From contig OZ316776.1 of the NCBI GenBank assembly GCA_973851085.1, positions 11,842,001 to 11,906,000 of the forward strand: DNA of 64,000 nucleotides, read 5' to 3'. Both the position numbers and the translations under genes were made by a program. Below, piece by piece: positions 12,251-26,089 of the stretch; positions within the stretch are counted from its first letter, which is position 1; the number at the start of each line of letters is the position of its first letter. The notes under the pieces were generated by a model. It had not been told where the DNA came from. It saw nothing but the letters and a program-made list of their open reading frames with translations, and did not search any database. Origin of the DNA: Ptychomitrium polyphyllum (taxonomy: Eukaryota).

Positions 12251-14488
12251 ACAACCACCAAGATAAGTGAAGTGGATGATAAATCAATGAATGTCATTTA
12301 AGTTAAATTGGTGAATATAAAAGAGTTCTTTGAATGTTATATGCATTTATAAGTTTTTTATCTTCCAAGGCAATGATTCAAGTATTGCTTTAAATACAAG
12401 TGACAATGAGTAAACAACTCAAAAGTTTGATGTACTAGCACAGTCACATTTTCTTAGCAAATGGATACAAATAATAATGAATATACAATTCAATAGCAAA
12501 TGCTTTGCCATTACATGTGTCTTGCAAGGTACACCTTGATGATTCAATTTTTCAACTTCAAAATAGTACATTAAGCTTTCTCAATATGGATGAAAGTAGT
12601 CTAAATTGAAATCTATGCCCAAATCAAACGAACGTGAAGGATTTGAATAGTAGGTTGATGCAAAGGAGGAAGAAATGCCAAATTAGTATGGATTTATCTA
12701 TTTTAACTTATTAGCAACAAGTGAAATCTCAATAAAAGGTTTTTTTTATTAAAATGGAAAAATAAGAATAAGAATCATGAGGCACCAATGATGTTTATAA
12801 AAACGGACTAATGTTGGAACACTTGAGAGTTAAGAAGTTAGTTCAAGATCTGATTTCAAAAAAAATGCAAGGTTCTACAACATGCAAAGTAATTCAAATG
12901 GAAAGGAAATTGCTTGTTTAAGAAATTATTAAATATGAGGAAGTGGGTGGTTGCAAAGCCATTTGAGATTTAAAGCATTAAAAACTTATATTGCATGTTA
13001 ATAAAGACTTTAGATTTTTTTTATTCTTACAACTTATAATGTGCTCCAAAGCACCATTGGTGAAGACAATGCACCTTGAAATACAACAAATTTTGTTTAG
13101 ATGCAATGTGTGTAATTGAGTTTGTGTAGATGCAAGAATTACAACCTTTTCTAATTAAGGAACTTGGATATTGATGGAGCTTGGACTTTGCAACTCCACT
13201 ACCTGTAACTAAGATATATAATGTTTATAATGATTAAATATTTTTCCAAGTGGATTGAGTTATTGGTTGTTACTTGGTAATTTCAATGAAAGGCCAATAT
13301 ATGTTTTTTTAAAATTAATTTCTAGCAAGTTTAAAGCACTAGCAAAAGTGTTGATTAACCAAAGTAGAAAATTTCTCCATGAACTTTAGACCTTGTTGGA
13401 GCAAGCATTTAGTGATAACAAAAACATATCTTGGCAATATGCATGGTAGAAACTATCAACAAAAGTCTTGCAAATTATGATCTATAATAAAGACATGATG
13501 GTAATACTTGAAGAAGCTACTGCTTGTAACTTCAAAAGTTTGCCCTAAGCAACTTCATTTATTTACAACAAATTCCATTATTTACATAGAACATTATTAC
13601 AAAGTCAATCATTTTGGAAATTAGGAAAGTACTACAAAATTGTGTATTCAAGTTAAAGGGCCAAGGTGGATGCACATAGAAAGACCATGTAAAGGATTGC
13701 ACCATCAAAAAAGAATCTCTATTTATTACCTAAGGTACCTAAGGAGGCCATTACTTTGCTATCTCTCAATGTACTTGAAATTTCTTTTATACATGATCAA
13801 ATTTTTGCCTTGGTGGATGTATGTGTATACTTATTCCACCTTATGTATGTAAACTCGAATTTGATACAAGATCCAAATGATACAAGATGTTGTTCATGAC
13901 CAGCTTCTAAAATTTTCTACAGTAGAGGCCATCCTTGTGATGCCCATACCAAGGTTACAACTTTAATTCGAATTTATGTTAACAGGATTAGTTTATTGGA
14001 CATGAATGGTAAAAAGCCAAACATGACTTGACTCGTAACACATGTGCATTACAGGAACACTTGAAGCAAACAAAAATAAAACACAGACATCTATCAGTAC
14101 AAACGACCCCTAAATTGAAACACATTTGCATAAATGACAGTTTCAAGTTCCCTTCTACTGCTCTACACAAATGTGGATGTTGATTCAAGGCAGCAACCAA
14201 CCAAGCTTTCTACCTGTAGTTTCTCTCATACACCTACTGCTACTTCTGAAATTACCACTTGACTAAAACCCTTGAAGTTCACATAACGCTTACCACAGAT
14301 AAAAATAGTGCCCCATTCTAAATTAGCTAAAGTTCAAGTACAACCTACAGCAACTTCTCAACCCCCCAGAGTTTTGTTCTTGCGAGACAGAATTGATCTC
14401 TAAATATAACTCAACTATAATAAAGAAGCACATAGGCATGTTGTAATACACATAATATACAACAGATACAGTAATTCTAGCATGTGTC

Positions 14489-17400
14489 TCAGAGGAAAGA
14501 TCGGATGGAGTCACATTGCCCATGCTGAAGATCAGCTGGTAAGCCATAAAGGAGGGAACAGGGCGACTCAGGGTGAGAACAAAGCAAGTCCACAATATGA
14601 AGCCAATCTGAAAACGGTAGCTGAGTCGAGTACTGGAGGGACACGCCTTCACGGCCTCGTTTCCTGAGATAATAGCTGCGCCAGAATTCCAAAAGAGATC
14701 GGAAGGTTTGCAGAATTCTTACATCAGCTGCTCTCAATGCTCGAAGGTAAGCCTGAAGCCCTCCGTTCCTCTCCAAAAAGATGAAAATGATCAGAGCCGT
14801 ATTCAGGACACATATATTATCCTGCACACATGTTATCCAGCTTGTGAGTGCATTTCTTGCAACCAATTAGACGAATCAGTAGGTGATAAAGAGAGGATGC
14901 CACCACTACATCGAACACCATGCCAAGTGAAGAGAGTAAGGTAAATACACCTGCAGTGGCTCAAGTAGGAATTTTTCACAGAATCTATGACCAACATAGA
15001 AATTGAAATGAATGTCATTCCTCAATACAGTCCGTGTCAGAAAATCGACCTATTTAGCTATCGTCCATTGCAAGAACAAGTTAGTGGAATAATCAAGAAT
15101 CGACTGATTTACTTAGAGGATTAGATTTGGGAGCGAGGTTGTGGAAGAGCACCTGGTTAATGTCATCAAGCCGCACGGCACACATGAGGTCTTTCAGCAA
15201 CCGTAAGGTATTGTGCGATACGAAGGTAGCAATCTTACAATAATCTTCGTCCTCCCTAAACCCAAAACCATAGATATCATTCCTCACGCTGGTCTCCTTC
15301 GGAAAGCACCCATAAGGCTTCGAACCAAGGCCTAATGTATGCACTTGGGATCTTTTGAAATAATCCAGAGACAGCACCACGGACCGAATGAACACATTTG
15401 AGTCCACCAGATTCGTAACTACGACCTGGAGTTGATGCATCAATAGGATATCAGTTTGTCGTCAATTATTGATTTACTTGTGAAATACACACGTCATCAA
15501 AAGTTTTACGAATTCATTTTCAGTATGTGATGTGCATGAAAGGCTCATATTTTAAACGAAGTCTTAATAGATTGATCATACCCAGAAGATTAGTCTACTG
15601 CAGAATCCTACTTGTGGGTATAATGAAAAGTTTTTATAATGAAAGCGATGCATTGACACAAACACTGAATACAACACGTACCTCCAGAAACTGGTCAAAC
15701 TTAGCTCCAGTCAAGAGTCTGTCAAGACGCTGAAATAAGGACTTGTTGAACTTGATAAGCTCCCCGAGAAGATCAAAGTTGATCTGACAGCAACCAGAAA
15801 CCAAAAAGCACGAGATTGAAGGATCATAATGGTTTTCAGTCTCGGCAGACATACAATAGCACATTCTTGCATAGAAAAGCGCAATATTACACACCTGTAG
15901 AGAAGTAGCACACCGAAATCCTCCTTTCAGGATCTCCTGTAACAGATGTTCCATCAAACCCGTCGATGCTACAACTTCCTGCCCAATCCGACGAAGTAAC
16001 ATCAGAATTGACGAGTCAGTCAGCCAGGAATTTCATGACATCTATCGTTCAACCCCAACAACATTCAAGCTAAAAATCTAACCTTGATGTTAAATATTAC
16101 GTTTTCCAAATATATAGCATCGAACTGACTTGAAGTGTGAGGGTAAGATCCGAACTTGATCCTTATGATCCGCACCCCGCAGAAAGGCTTCCACACATGA
16201 AGCAAGCCAGAATCTGCAAGTGTAGTTCTATTAGTTGTGCGAACTGAAAACTGCTGCCAGCCACAATCATTAAAAAGCAAGGCAATACAAACTATTCTTT
16301 AGAGATATATGTGTACCGATACAGGGAGTCACCGGGCTCTTTCACCAATATCTTCAGAATCTTCACCATAAGGCCATCTGATTCCTTGCTCTCATTATTT
16401 TTGCTCCAAAAGGAGAAGCTCTCCTGATCACAACCATACATGCACATACTTCAAAAGTAGTGAGGCACCAACAAGAAGAACGGAACTGGTGAGGCATACA
16501 ATATGGTACATAATTGCAATCGAGGAATATTGATCGTGATTTTACAAGGGTACCTTGGAGGCGCTCGGAACCAATAATAGCTGCTTGTTAGTACGATTGC
16601 AGCTGTCACGATCGCAAAAGTTGTGAATTAACCTCAGATATTGAATCTTGAGGGCCTGCAAGGAGGGAAATATAGTCAAGCTCCTACTCACAAATACTAC
16701 CTGCAAAGAGAAACAAATCTGACAAGCATGATAACTTCAATGAATTTCATTCCCAATAGCAGAGCTGGATATATGTTCCAGTAGTTTATCATCTTCTCCT
16801 CTGTAGTTACCTTGTTACTCTCTTTCACCAGAGATAACCATTGTAATATAATCCAAAACGCATCCAAGAGAGAGGCCAAAATCCCCTAAAGTCTACTTGT
16901 GTAGCAAACAAAAACTGCCAAATCTAGTTCCAATTGATAAACAAAGTCAAACGTCTTAGGTGCGATTTACTTTCGAAAGGGTAAGCATATCAAGTCTGTA
17001 AGTTGGGGCTTGAAGTCCTTACCGACTTTGGATTGCACACGCAACCAAGGCCATGGATTCCGCGAGAGTGAGCACGTGACGGTGATGGCACCCAGTCTAG
17101 CTTGTCAAACATGTCATTCAGCACGTTAACAAGCCCCAGCTCTGCCAATGAATTCTGCACCTGTAGATGACATCCACACTTCAAATCTTACGCTGCATGA
17201 CCGTGTCAATTTTCGACGTACACTCGCAAAACTTTTCAAAGCAAAGCACTGCAACTGCGCGATACATTATTGTATAGCCAACAAACTGGACTAAAAACTA
17301 GGCTAGATAAATACCTGCTCTCTTCTCTTACCGCCGCATAAGGCGCACAACACAAAGAGCACTTCCACGTGATGCTGCATCCCAAAAGTCCAACATCAAG

Positions 17401-20145
17401 AACCAAATATAAGAATATAAAGTAAGGGTCTTACGCAACAAATTCACTACCTAGACTAACTGAAACAAGCACAAAAACTAAGAGCCTCTGGGTGTATGAA
17501 TTGTACAATTCACAGCATGCAAATCAAAGATCTCTTGAATGAAACACCTTTCAATTTTCGTAACATTACATCATTCGTGAAAGACACCTTGCTTCATTAC
17601 CTCATTGAATGAAAGAGTAAATCGGGTTCATTTGTGCTCATCATATGACGTCGTGCTAGATTTCGTTACTGACGCAAATCCCTTTATTAATTTCTCAAAA
17701 TCAGAGAAAAATTAATCACACACAATTCCACAAATGTCTTACAGAAGCCGCCAGCTGTACGACGCCGGTGGAGAGACCAGTACGATCCAGAAAGGATATG
17801 ATATTCCAATCTAAACTCCTTTCATCGGAGAAACTTAGACCAACCCTCTCTTGTTGAAAATGAGAAGCAGGATCGGATTGCTGTCGACCTTCCAGTTGTG
17901 AAATCACAGCCCCTGTCTCGTCAAGAAGTTGAGCTCGAGTCACACGGAAAGCATGATACATCCTTTCTAATGTGCCCCGCACGGTAAAGGCTGCTGTTAG
18001 CTCAGAAAGCTCAGATGACAAATTACCCTGCAGCCACTCCGCCCACGACTGGATTGTAACATCACACATAGCGCAAATAAGTATATTGGTTTCTATGACA
18101 GCGGGCAACATAGGAACTAAGCCAATTCAAGGTACCAACACTCGACTGCAAGCATTGACTTGATGCGGACCAAAAGCAAATGTCGAAAAAATCTTTGGAC
18201 AAAAAGCATGTGTTCTACGAGACCACAAACTACCAAAGACCACTACAAGAGTTTTCAAGATGGTCAGTTGCCTCACCTCACGATTAAAAGAAGCTTTATC
18301 CAATGTGAGGAGTTTCACCAGGCGTGAAAGAATGTCCGGTATAAATAGAATGGCCTCATGGTTTTTGTCAGCCGCCGTCCATTCTGCCTCCTCAAACCTT
18401 GGCTTCTGTTGTTGGACACAATTATCTACACTCCGGTCCTGGCCCAACCATGTATTCCCTGCCTTGGAAACAACCATAAAAGCCACAGCTACACATTTGA
18501 GCGCTCTAACCCACCAGCACGACTTTCATCAATACCTCCTACTAGACATTAATTCAGCCATAAGAACAACCTCCAACGATAGTGTGTACACATGTTACTC
18601 ATCGGGCAATCAACGTTACCTCTATATCCTACAGTTTGAAGAGAGCAATTCGTTGAGGTACAGTTCAGAAGTGAAACTCGTGAAGTTAATTTAAAGGCTG
18701 CCAGCAACAAACCACAAATGGGATATCTATTATCCAACACAACGTCATATATCTAAGGTCAAGTCTACAGAAGCTTGGTCGCTACTAGTAGCATAGTTCC
18801 ACCGTAGATGGTAATGTATGCCTGTTGACTTTTAGAGTGTAGTCGTGGATATATACCAAGGTACATGCATACACACAACCACTCCTCAATCTACCATTAT
18901 GCAGTACCTCGGGTTCAAAGACCACCATCGCAAGAACACGGCAGAATGAAGCCAGCTGCCTTGAGGAGAAATTGGAGACAAGGCTTGTGAAATTCGGAAC
19001 ATCCTGCACTAGCCATGTGTCTTGTCGTATTGCCAAAACCTCTTCTGCAAGATTAACAGCTGCACAGGAAACCCAGACACGATATCAGCTGTAGTCGGAG
19101 GTAAAGAACGTACTCCTCACTTCCAAACCTCTCAATTCATCATAAGCAAATCTGAAGAAGAACACACTCAAAATGCAACAGCAACGGAAGTAAAGCATCC
19201 TTTATGCTGCAGATGTACGATTACTGGCTGCTATACGGAAAATGAAACGAAAAGAGCTGGTGAAATCAGCTGCTCTCTAAGATAATACAGAGTCTTCAGA
19301 ACGACTTGCAATTTCATGCCATGAATATCAATTTATAATACAAAAATAAGATCCACACTCAACGATGAGGACAAGCTTAGTTAAGCGTCATCACCATTCG
19401 AATGAGGTCAGAAGTTGAGTCCTCCATAAATACGTACAAATAGTAATCTGACTAAATCGACGACGTTGAAATTGGGAAGCAAAGCGTTTGCAACGCCAAG
19501 AGGGAGAACATAGCAGATGATGACTCTCACAGAGGTAGTTAAGAGGCAGAGGAGCGGGAGAGCGCACTCACCATTGTTGAACGTATTGTGATAGCGCATC
19601 ATGCCAAACAGCTTCTCCACGAACTTCTTATCTGCGGCCAAATGCTCGACGAAGGGGTGCACCGTGGAACACAGCTCACGCAAAATACTCAAACATTCGT
19701 TTCGGATGTACAGCACCTTCACCGTAAACCTCAGCTTCTCAGCATTATCCGGAGTCAGAAATTTGCAGAAGAGAGCTCGACGGAGCAGGATATCACCCCC
19801 AAAAAGCACAAAAGCCTCCCGGTTCATCTGGCAGTGGGAGTTGTTCCACTCACATAGACTCTGCGCTACTTTCGACAGCAACTCTGGGCAGGAATCTACA
19901 TCGTAAGATACCACGGCCCTCTCCAGCTCAATGCACAGAGAAGCTACACCACGCGTCGTGCATTGCAGTCTGTCATAAACTGCTGTAGGCAATTGCCGTA
20001 AACTCTTACACCCCTTCCCTGTAATTTGTGCCCTAATTAGCACTTTCAGGGTTGCCTTATTCCTAACCTGTTGCAATCCAGTTCCAGCGTTGCCGTCATC
20101 GGCTATCTGAGAGCCATAACCGCCTGGTTGCTCAGACCCCATCAT
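14489..20145 (-). CDS. TRPC4AP: TRPC4AP/TRUSS homologue (CRL4-DDB1 substrate receptor family), ~816 aa
   Basis: Exons 20145-19572, 19059-18908, ~18438-18277, 18048-17743, 17374-17315, 17160-17023, 16655-16554, 16423-16317, 16213-16156, 15978-15895, 15783-15682, 15425-15153, 14821-14489, phase-consistent. Motifs match animal TRPC4AP as recalled: VEVLFVLC, LKIQYLRL, RFWLASCVEAFLRG, FDLLGELIKFN, NLVDSNVFIRSVVLSLD, DNICVLNTAL. Confidence 0.88.
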
Positions 20146-23100
20146 GACCAATTTTCAAATGCCCCGTATTCCCAGAAGCTACTATGTCAAGCTCCAATTC
20201 TCTTCCACATGGTGTTGGAGCACGACTAGTGCGTTTCAGGCACAAATGCGAGCATTCTGCACGGTTTCAAAGAAACCTAACTTCACTGTGCAATGTTAGA
20301 TCCCAATGCCGCCAAAATAGCGCCGAATAATCGCAGATGCCTCGACTGGCAACTGAGTACAGAAACAAAGACCCTCTTGTCCAAACTTCTCACACAATTA
20401 AGAGCGAAAAGCCAAAACCAACCCAGGATGAAAACCACTTGCACCTGCACCCCCACCACCATAAAACACTCTTTCATACTCTTCCCGCCATAGCCCTAGT
20501 TGCCAAACCAGTCTACCTCCTCAACACACTCGCAAACAACCTGCAAAAACATTCTCGCTCCCGTACAATCACCCACATACTCAGCTGCAACTCACTCCAT
20601 CAAAGAGTCAGCCTCCGTTAACTTAGTCTTAAACTGCACCATTCACCAACATAACCCGACATCGAAACACATCTCCGAGATACACACATTCGCTGGATAT
20701 CGAAGCACCCACATCCAGAAACGCACACAACGCAAGTGCGGCAACCAAACAGGGACGCACACGGACTGTCGATGCGCCCGCTCTCCGCGACCAACGTACA
20801 CGTCACATAACTGAATCAAAGCTGCGCCGGGCTTTCCCTCCGCTTACAATCTTACACTTGCCCAACTGACTCGATCGAACTCCGGGATACATGACCGAGA
20901 TCATGGTGAAGAAACCGCAGCACCATCACGAGAGCTCGATCCCATCCACAGCCAGGAACTGGACACCTCCCTCACTCGCTCGCTCGCTCACTCACTCAGA
21001 AACCGATTTCCAAATTGCGAAAGCAAGTTGGCGCATCCGCGGGGAACAGAAGAGAGTCAAACATGGCATCACAATCTATCAAAGCTGAGAAGCGATCTTT
21101 CTTCATCATCGCCATCATCGTCTCTTGCTTTTGTGCTCATCACCATCGATACTCTGGTTGTCTCCCTCGCGAAGCCGCTGAGCTTCCTCTCGCACGGTCG
21201 TGTTGTGTTTAAAGCAGACAGGATCCTAACTCCGTCACTCCCTTCACGAATCTATTCCCGTCATCACACCACTATAATCTATTCTCGTAGCACTGAACCA
21301 TACCTACAAAATGCGTAGATAGTCTAACGACGATCTATCGTTCATGTCATATCCGGCGTTCTCTGCGTTCTTACGAGATTTCATGGAGCTGAGTGTACGC
21401 ATCCGGAAGATAATGACTGTTTCTGGCGTAGTATTGGTCTTGTGTACGAAACGAGCGAACTCTACGAAATTTGCTGATTCAGATTCAAGTTTCTCCTCGT
21501 TTCAAAGATTTAGAAATAGAATCGGAGTTAGGTGAGTAATGGAGTTGGGGGCCGATATATTTTTGTCTCCCATGCGGGGAGATGGATGTACAGATGGAGA
21601 TGGTACGCTTGGTATTATTTGTATGCTGGCGATGAATGTACCACATCAAGCGTGCTTTTGAAGATCATGAAAATCATCTGTGTGGTTTCGTTAGTCTTCT
21701 GTATGCTGACTGGCGTACCACGTGTCAATTGTGCTGCGCAAGCGGTGATCATGATTTCTACATACAGGACGTAATTTTGATTTTAATTATTAAAGGATCG
21801 CACAAGCATGATTTACTTGCAATAAAATTCCACAAGTGTCATGCTTGTTTGTGGGCACCAAGGGGCTGAAACAAATACTTGATGGTTTATTGTCTCTACC
21901 TTTTCAGAGTTGGACAGAGTTAGCACAAGTGATTTGTGTTTCAAATCTTTGTGCAAATCAGCCCTGCACTATGAGTCATCATTTGTACTCGGCTTTCCTT
22001 TGTACAATGCAACTAGAAGCCCAATTCCTAGATACAAAATGGTTGACAATTTCAAACAAGATATTATTTTGATTCGTAGAATGTACTAAGTTTATTTTTA
22101 AAATACAGCTGGTATATTGAATAATTCCAAGACTGTTAATTATGGAACTATCTGATAGGTACATGATATGGTGTATCACTCTGACGTGCAAAAATAACAC
22201 TAATCACTTTTTCAAAATGGAATAAAATTTATACATGATATTTCATATCAAAGCAAGTAAATACGGGATAAAGTAGATGTATGCATCATTTTTTGGAATT
22301 TTTTTTACAAATATTGGATTAAAATGTGGAAAGCATATAGAAAAAGTATATTTAAAAAACATAAATTAAAATTAATTAAAGATATTGATATTTAAATCCT
22401 AAATGCTCAACTTTGAACTAAAATCTACATGAACATTATTAAGTTTAAACTAGGGCAAAGTATTGATTTTTGGCCCAATAAATCTAAAAAATAAATAAAT
22501 AATATTAAAATTTGTTAGCCAAATTATATATTTTCAATTGTTAAAAAGTCCATAATTTTTCTAAAAGTCTATAATTAATATATATTTTAAACAATAAAAA
22601 TATGCAACTATTCTATCATAATAGCAAATTATATTTTCAATATTCTAAATAATCTATAAATTTGATTTAACATAATATGCCGTTTATAATAATGTATAAA
22701 AATCTTATAAAATCCAAATCTATGATGTTATAATAGTTGAGAAGTTCAAATTGAATCTTGCATTAGTTTTTCGGAAATGATTAATTTTTAGAATGTTAAT
22801 GGATAGAATTGTAATTTAAACCATAGAACATTAATCTGGTGCTAATTAATTTTATAATTTTACATTTGACAAAAGATACATTTTTTACAATCTTAGAGTT
22901 CCACAAGAAAATAGACATAATATTAAATTTTTTATGTATTTAAAAGAAAAGGGAGTACATTAAAGAAAGATTTGATATAAAATGAAAGAAATAGAATGAT
23001 GTAGTTAAAAAAAGGGAATTGATATGATAAAAGAAAGATAATATGGTGGACAAAAAAAAAGACATGAAATGAAAGGAGATTGAATTATTTTTCTACCTTA

Positions 23101-24054
23101 TAAACTCTTATTATTATTGCATTCTAAAATAATAGAAGAAACCTTCTATTGTAAAAAATTAGATCTAATATAAAAAATTGGTGCAATCCACTTTTCTAAT
23201 ATTTGAAGAATGCTTCATTTATTATATGAATTTTTGAGCTTTATTTCATAATTTGCTAAGTGTGATTTGCTACCATTTCCAACAATTGATTCAATTTAAA
23301 AGTATTCTAAACTTGAATTAAGAATTTAAAGTCTCTTTTCTTTATACTTATAATTATATTCTTTCTTTATTTCCATGCTCTTATTTTTAAAATTTTAAAA
23401 TTTGAATTTCTATGCTATTTTGAAACTTACACAAACTATGAATCCTTCTTTTTTCTTTTAAAATCTTTTATGAGCTTTTAGAACCTTCTATTGACATTCA
23501 AAAAGCTCATAAGAAAGCTCATATTGACTTCTAAAACCTTCCAATAGCTTTTCATGACTTTTTATAAGTGATTCTATAAATTGTAAGGTTTTTGGTAAAA
23601 ATAAAATGTATTGTATAATATAATTCTACAGTTGTATACATGTATCTCTTATCCATTCTCGTTGCATGTATACCATGTTCATAACAATGTAATGCTATGC
23701 ACATTATGCTTGATTTTATTGAAAGAGTTCTTATTTAGAATAATGTAATCTTGGAATTCATTTGAATGGCTAATAGAAAATAATAATTGTGTAATTCATA
23801 TTTTTTGTTAAAAATACAAGAAATAAGAAATAGAAACAAAGTGTTTCCCAAGAGTTACCTTCCAAAGAGGTAATGATTAACAAGAACTCATACAAAGACT
23901 AGAGCAAGGCAGGATATAATATGATCTACAATTTATATTGACAAAATTAAGGTATACCTTGTCTTATCTCCTATTTGTACTATGACGCTTGTATCTCCTA
24001 GAATACTTCTAAAGAAGCTTCCAACAAGGTTTAAGAATGTTCTAGAAGTCTATG

Positions 24055-24215
24055 GAACCTTCCTAAGAAGCTTTCAAGGAGTTCAAACCTTCTTTGGAAG
24101 TTTTCCAAGATGGTTGAACCTTTCCTACAAATTTCTTAAGGTGGTGGAACCTTCTTAGGAAATTTTCCAAAGAAGTAGAACCTTCATAGGAAGTTTTTCA
24201 AGGTAATGGAAACAG
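24055..24215. repeat. Degenerate ~31-bp tandem repeat (GAACCTTC...GGAAGTTTTCCAAG), possibly part of an old LTR fragment spanning ~23800-24290
   Basis: About 5 imperfect units beginning gaacctt/aaacctt, surrounded by ttctagaag-type motifs. Confidence 0.55.
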
Positions 24216-24321
24216 CTATGGAGACATTAAAAATAATCTAAGAATCTACTATAATACATCAAAGGGTTCTAGAAGTTTCTAAAGGCTATGTTATATGATG
24301 TATGTCTGTGACACATGTGAC

Positions 24322-24470
24322 ACATGGTGTACATGACATTGCATTGTTGTGTGCATGGTGTACATGGCATTACACCATGGTGTACATGGCATTACAACTT
24401 GGTGTACATGGCATTACAACTTGGTGTACATGGCATTACAACATGGTATACATGGCATTACAACATGGCG
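24322..24470. repeat. 22-bp minisatellite GGTGTACATGGCATTACAAC(T/A)T, ~6 copies
   Basis: Read directly; the 22-nt period explains the cycling peptides in three overlapping ORFs. Confidence 0.92.
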
Positions 24471-24617
24471 AGCATGGCAAGCATGGCATACATTGTTTCA
24501 AAAGAAAGAAAATACCAGCAGACACAGGAGTTGACTGACACATTAGAACGACAACAACGTCAGGTTACAGTGAAGGTGACAGCAGAGTTGAAGGCAAAAC
24601 ATGAGTTTCGTTGAGTG

Positions 24618-24737
24618 GATGTAAACAGTTGTAACCATCAAAGAAGAGATGTAAACAGTTGTAACCAACGAGAAAAATAAGAGATGTTAACAGTTGTAAC
24701 CAACGAGAAAAATGAGAGATGTTAACAGTTGTAACCA
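24618..24737. repeat. Four copies of 20-bp GATGT(A/T)AACAGTTGTAACCA separated by purine-rich linkers
   Basis: Copies start at 24618, 24648, 24683 and 24718 (spacing 30, 35, 35). Confidence 0.92.
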
Positions 24738-24980
24738 AATCTTGAGCACTGCATGTTCAAGAGCCCAAAGCAATGAACATGCTCAACGGAGGCAGTGGAA
24801 ACTGCGAGAATGAGAGAGGATTGTGAGCTTGACTCACATCGATGGCGCACTTAGTCATGCGCAGCTCACGATGATGTTGTGCTGGGCATGGTCGGCGCAC
24901 TGCATGCTTTTCGGTGCCGTGCTCTCCTGGGGAGCGATATGGTCTTCCGGGGCATGGGCAAAGTTGATAACGACGTAGCA

Positions 24981-25032
24981 AAACCCTAAAGACGATGATG
25001 TAAACAAAGCTGAGAACGTGAAAGAAACCCTA
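24981..25032 (+). promoter_or_regulatory. Two telo-box (AAACCCTA) elements at the start of a GC island
   Basis: aaaaccctaaa near 24981 and aaaccctag near 25025; other telo-boxes at 10757 and 46210. Confidence 0.45.
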
Positions 25033-26089
25033 GGTTACACAAACCCTTGTCGGCATGGTCGTCATTTGCGAGATGAGCCTCTGTGCGCACGAGTGCAAAG
25101 AGCAGTACAGTAGAGTTACACATTTTGAGTAAAGGATGTGTAAGCACATTCTTTGACATACGTCTCGCCTGAGTGGTGCTACTGTACGGGCGCGGGCTGC
25201 AAGTTCTGAGGCTGGAGCAGAATTAGGTTTAGAGGTGAGAAGGTTGAGAGGTGGGAAACCCATCTGCATCTTGCGTGATCTTCCCCATTGGAATTTAGAG
25301 TGCACAAAGTCTTTGGTATGTTTTCCATGTGCAAATGGTGTATGTGTTCTTGGGGTTCGTTTTGATTCTACATCGTGATTGGTTGATGGACTGTTTTCAG
25401 TGGCGGTTTGTGGGTGTATGTTGGACTTCCATTTTTTGGTATTTCTTTGCTAACTACAGTTTTTGATCGTTCTCAAGTTCGGCTTTCATCTGTTGGGATA
25501 TGGTGTCAGCTCAAGTGTCAAGGATATGGTGTATGCCCTCCAGCATACGTTCTGTGGAGGGGTTTTCTTGGAGACTCGCTCAACACTATTGAGACTTGAA
25601 ATTTGAGCTTAGTCTGCATTGGGGACTTTATCTTGTTCGTCACAACCTTCTTCACTCCCGCAGGTACTAATGCGTAGGTTGGAAATGTGAGTTTTTTCAA
25701 CCGGTGACCTCCTCTTCCTATTGGTGTTTCTATCTCTGCTTGGATAAGATCATCTATGCCGTGATCATAAACAGCAGTTAGGGTTAGGGTGAAAGGCCGT
25801 GGGTGAGGTTATCTTTACTTGTGAGGTGCTTTTGAGTACTTCCTACTCCTGCTTAGTAATTCCATTTTTCTTTCTAAATGCATCACATTATGTTTTGCAA
25901 AGCAGAAATTTGTGCTGGAGTGGAATGCTGTGGTTTTTTGTTGTGAAGAAATCAACCCGGATGAGAATTTTATTTGTTGAATCAAATGAAGTACCCATAG
26001 TTAAAACCTAGTATCATGCTGTAGCCTATGCTATCATAGTGCGTGCAATCATGTCCGATCCGGCATGGCTTTGGTTTTCTGTGTTTCAG

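Noticed and set aside
17600..17670. Extra TRPC4AP exon with a good donor near 17600
   Set aside because: No phase-compatible open frame; the flanking exons join in phase 0 without it
20283..21870. Many short ORFs upstream of TRPC4AP
   Set aside because: Consistent with a GC-rich leader and promoter; no recognisable protein
24302..24614. Three overlapping ORFs with repeated peptides
   Set aside because: Artefact of the stop-free 22-bp minisatellite
24618..24737. CRISPR-like repeat-spacer appearance
   Set aside because: Spacers are only 10-15 nt and similar to each other, no cas genes, eukaryotic context; this is a tandem repeat
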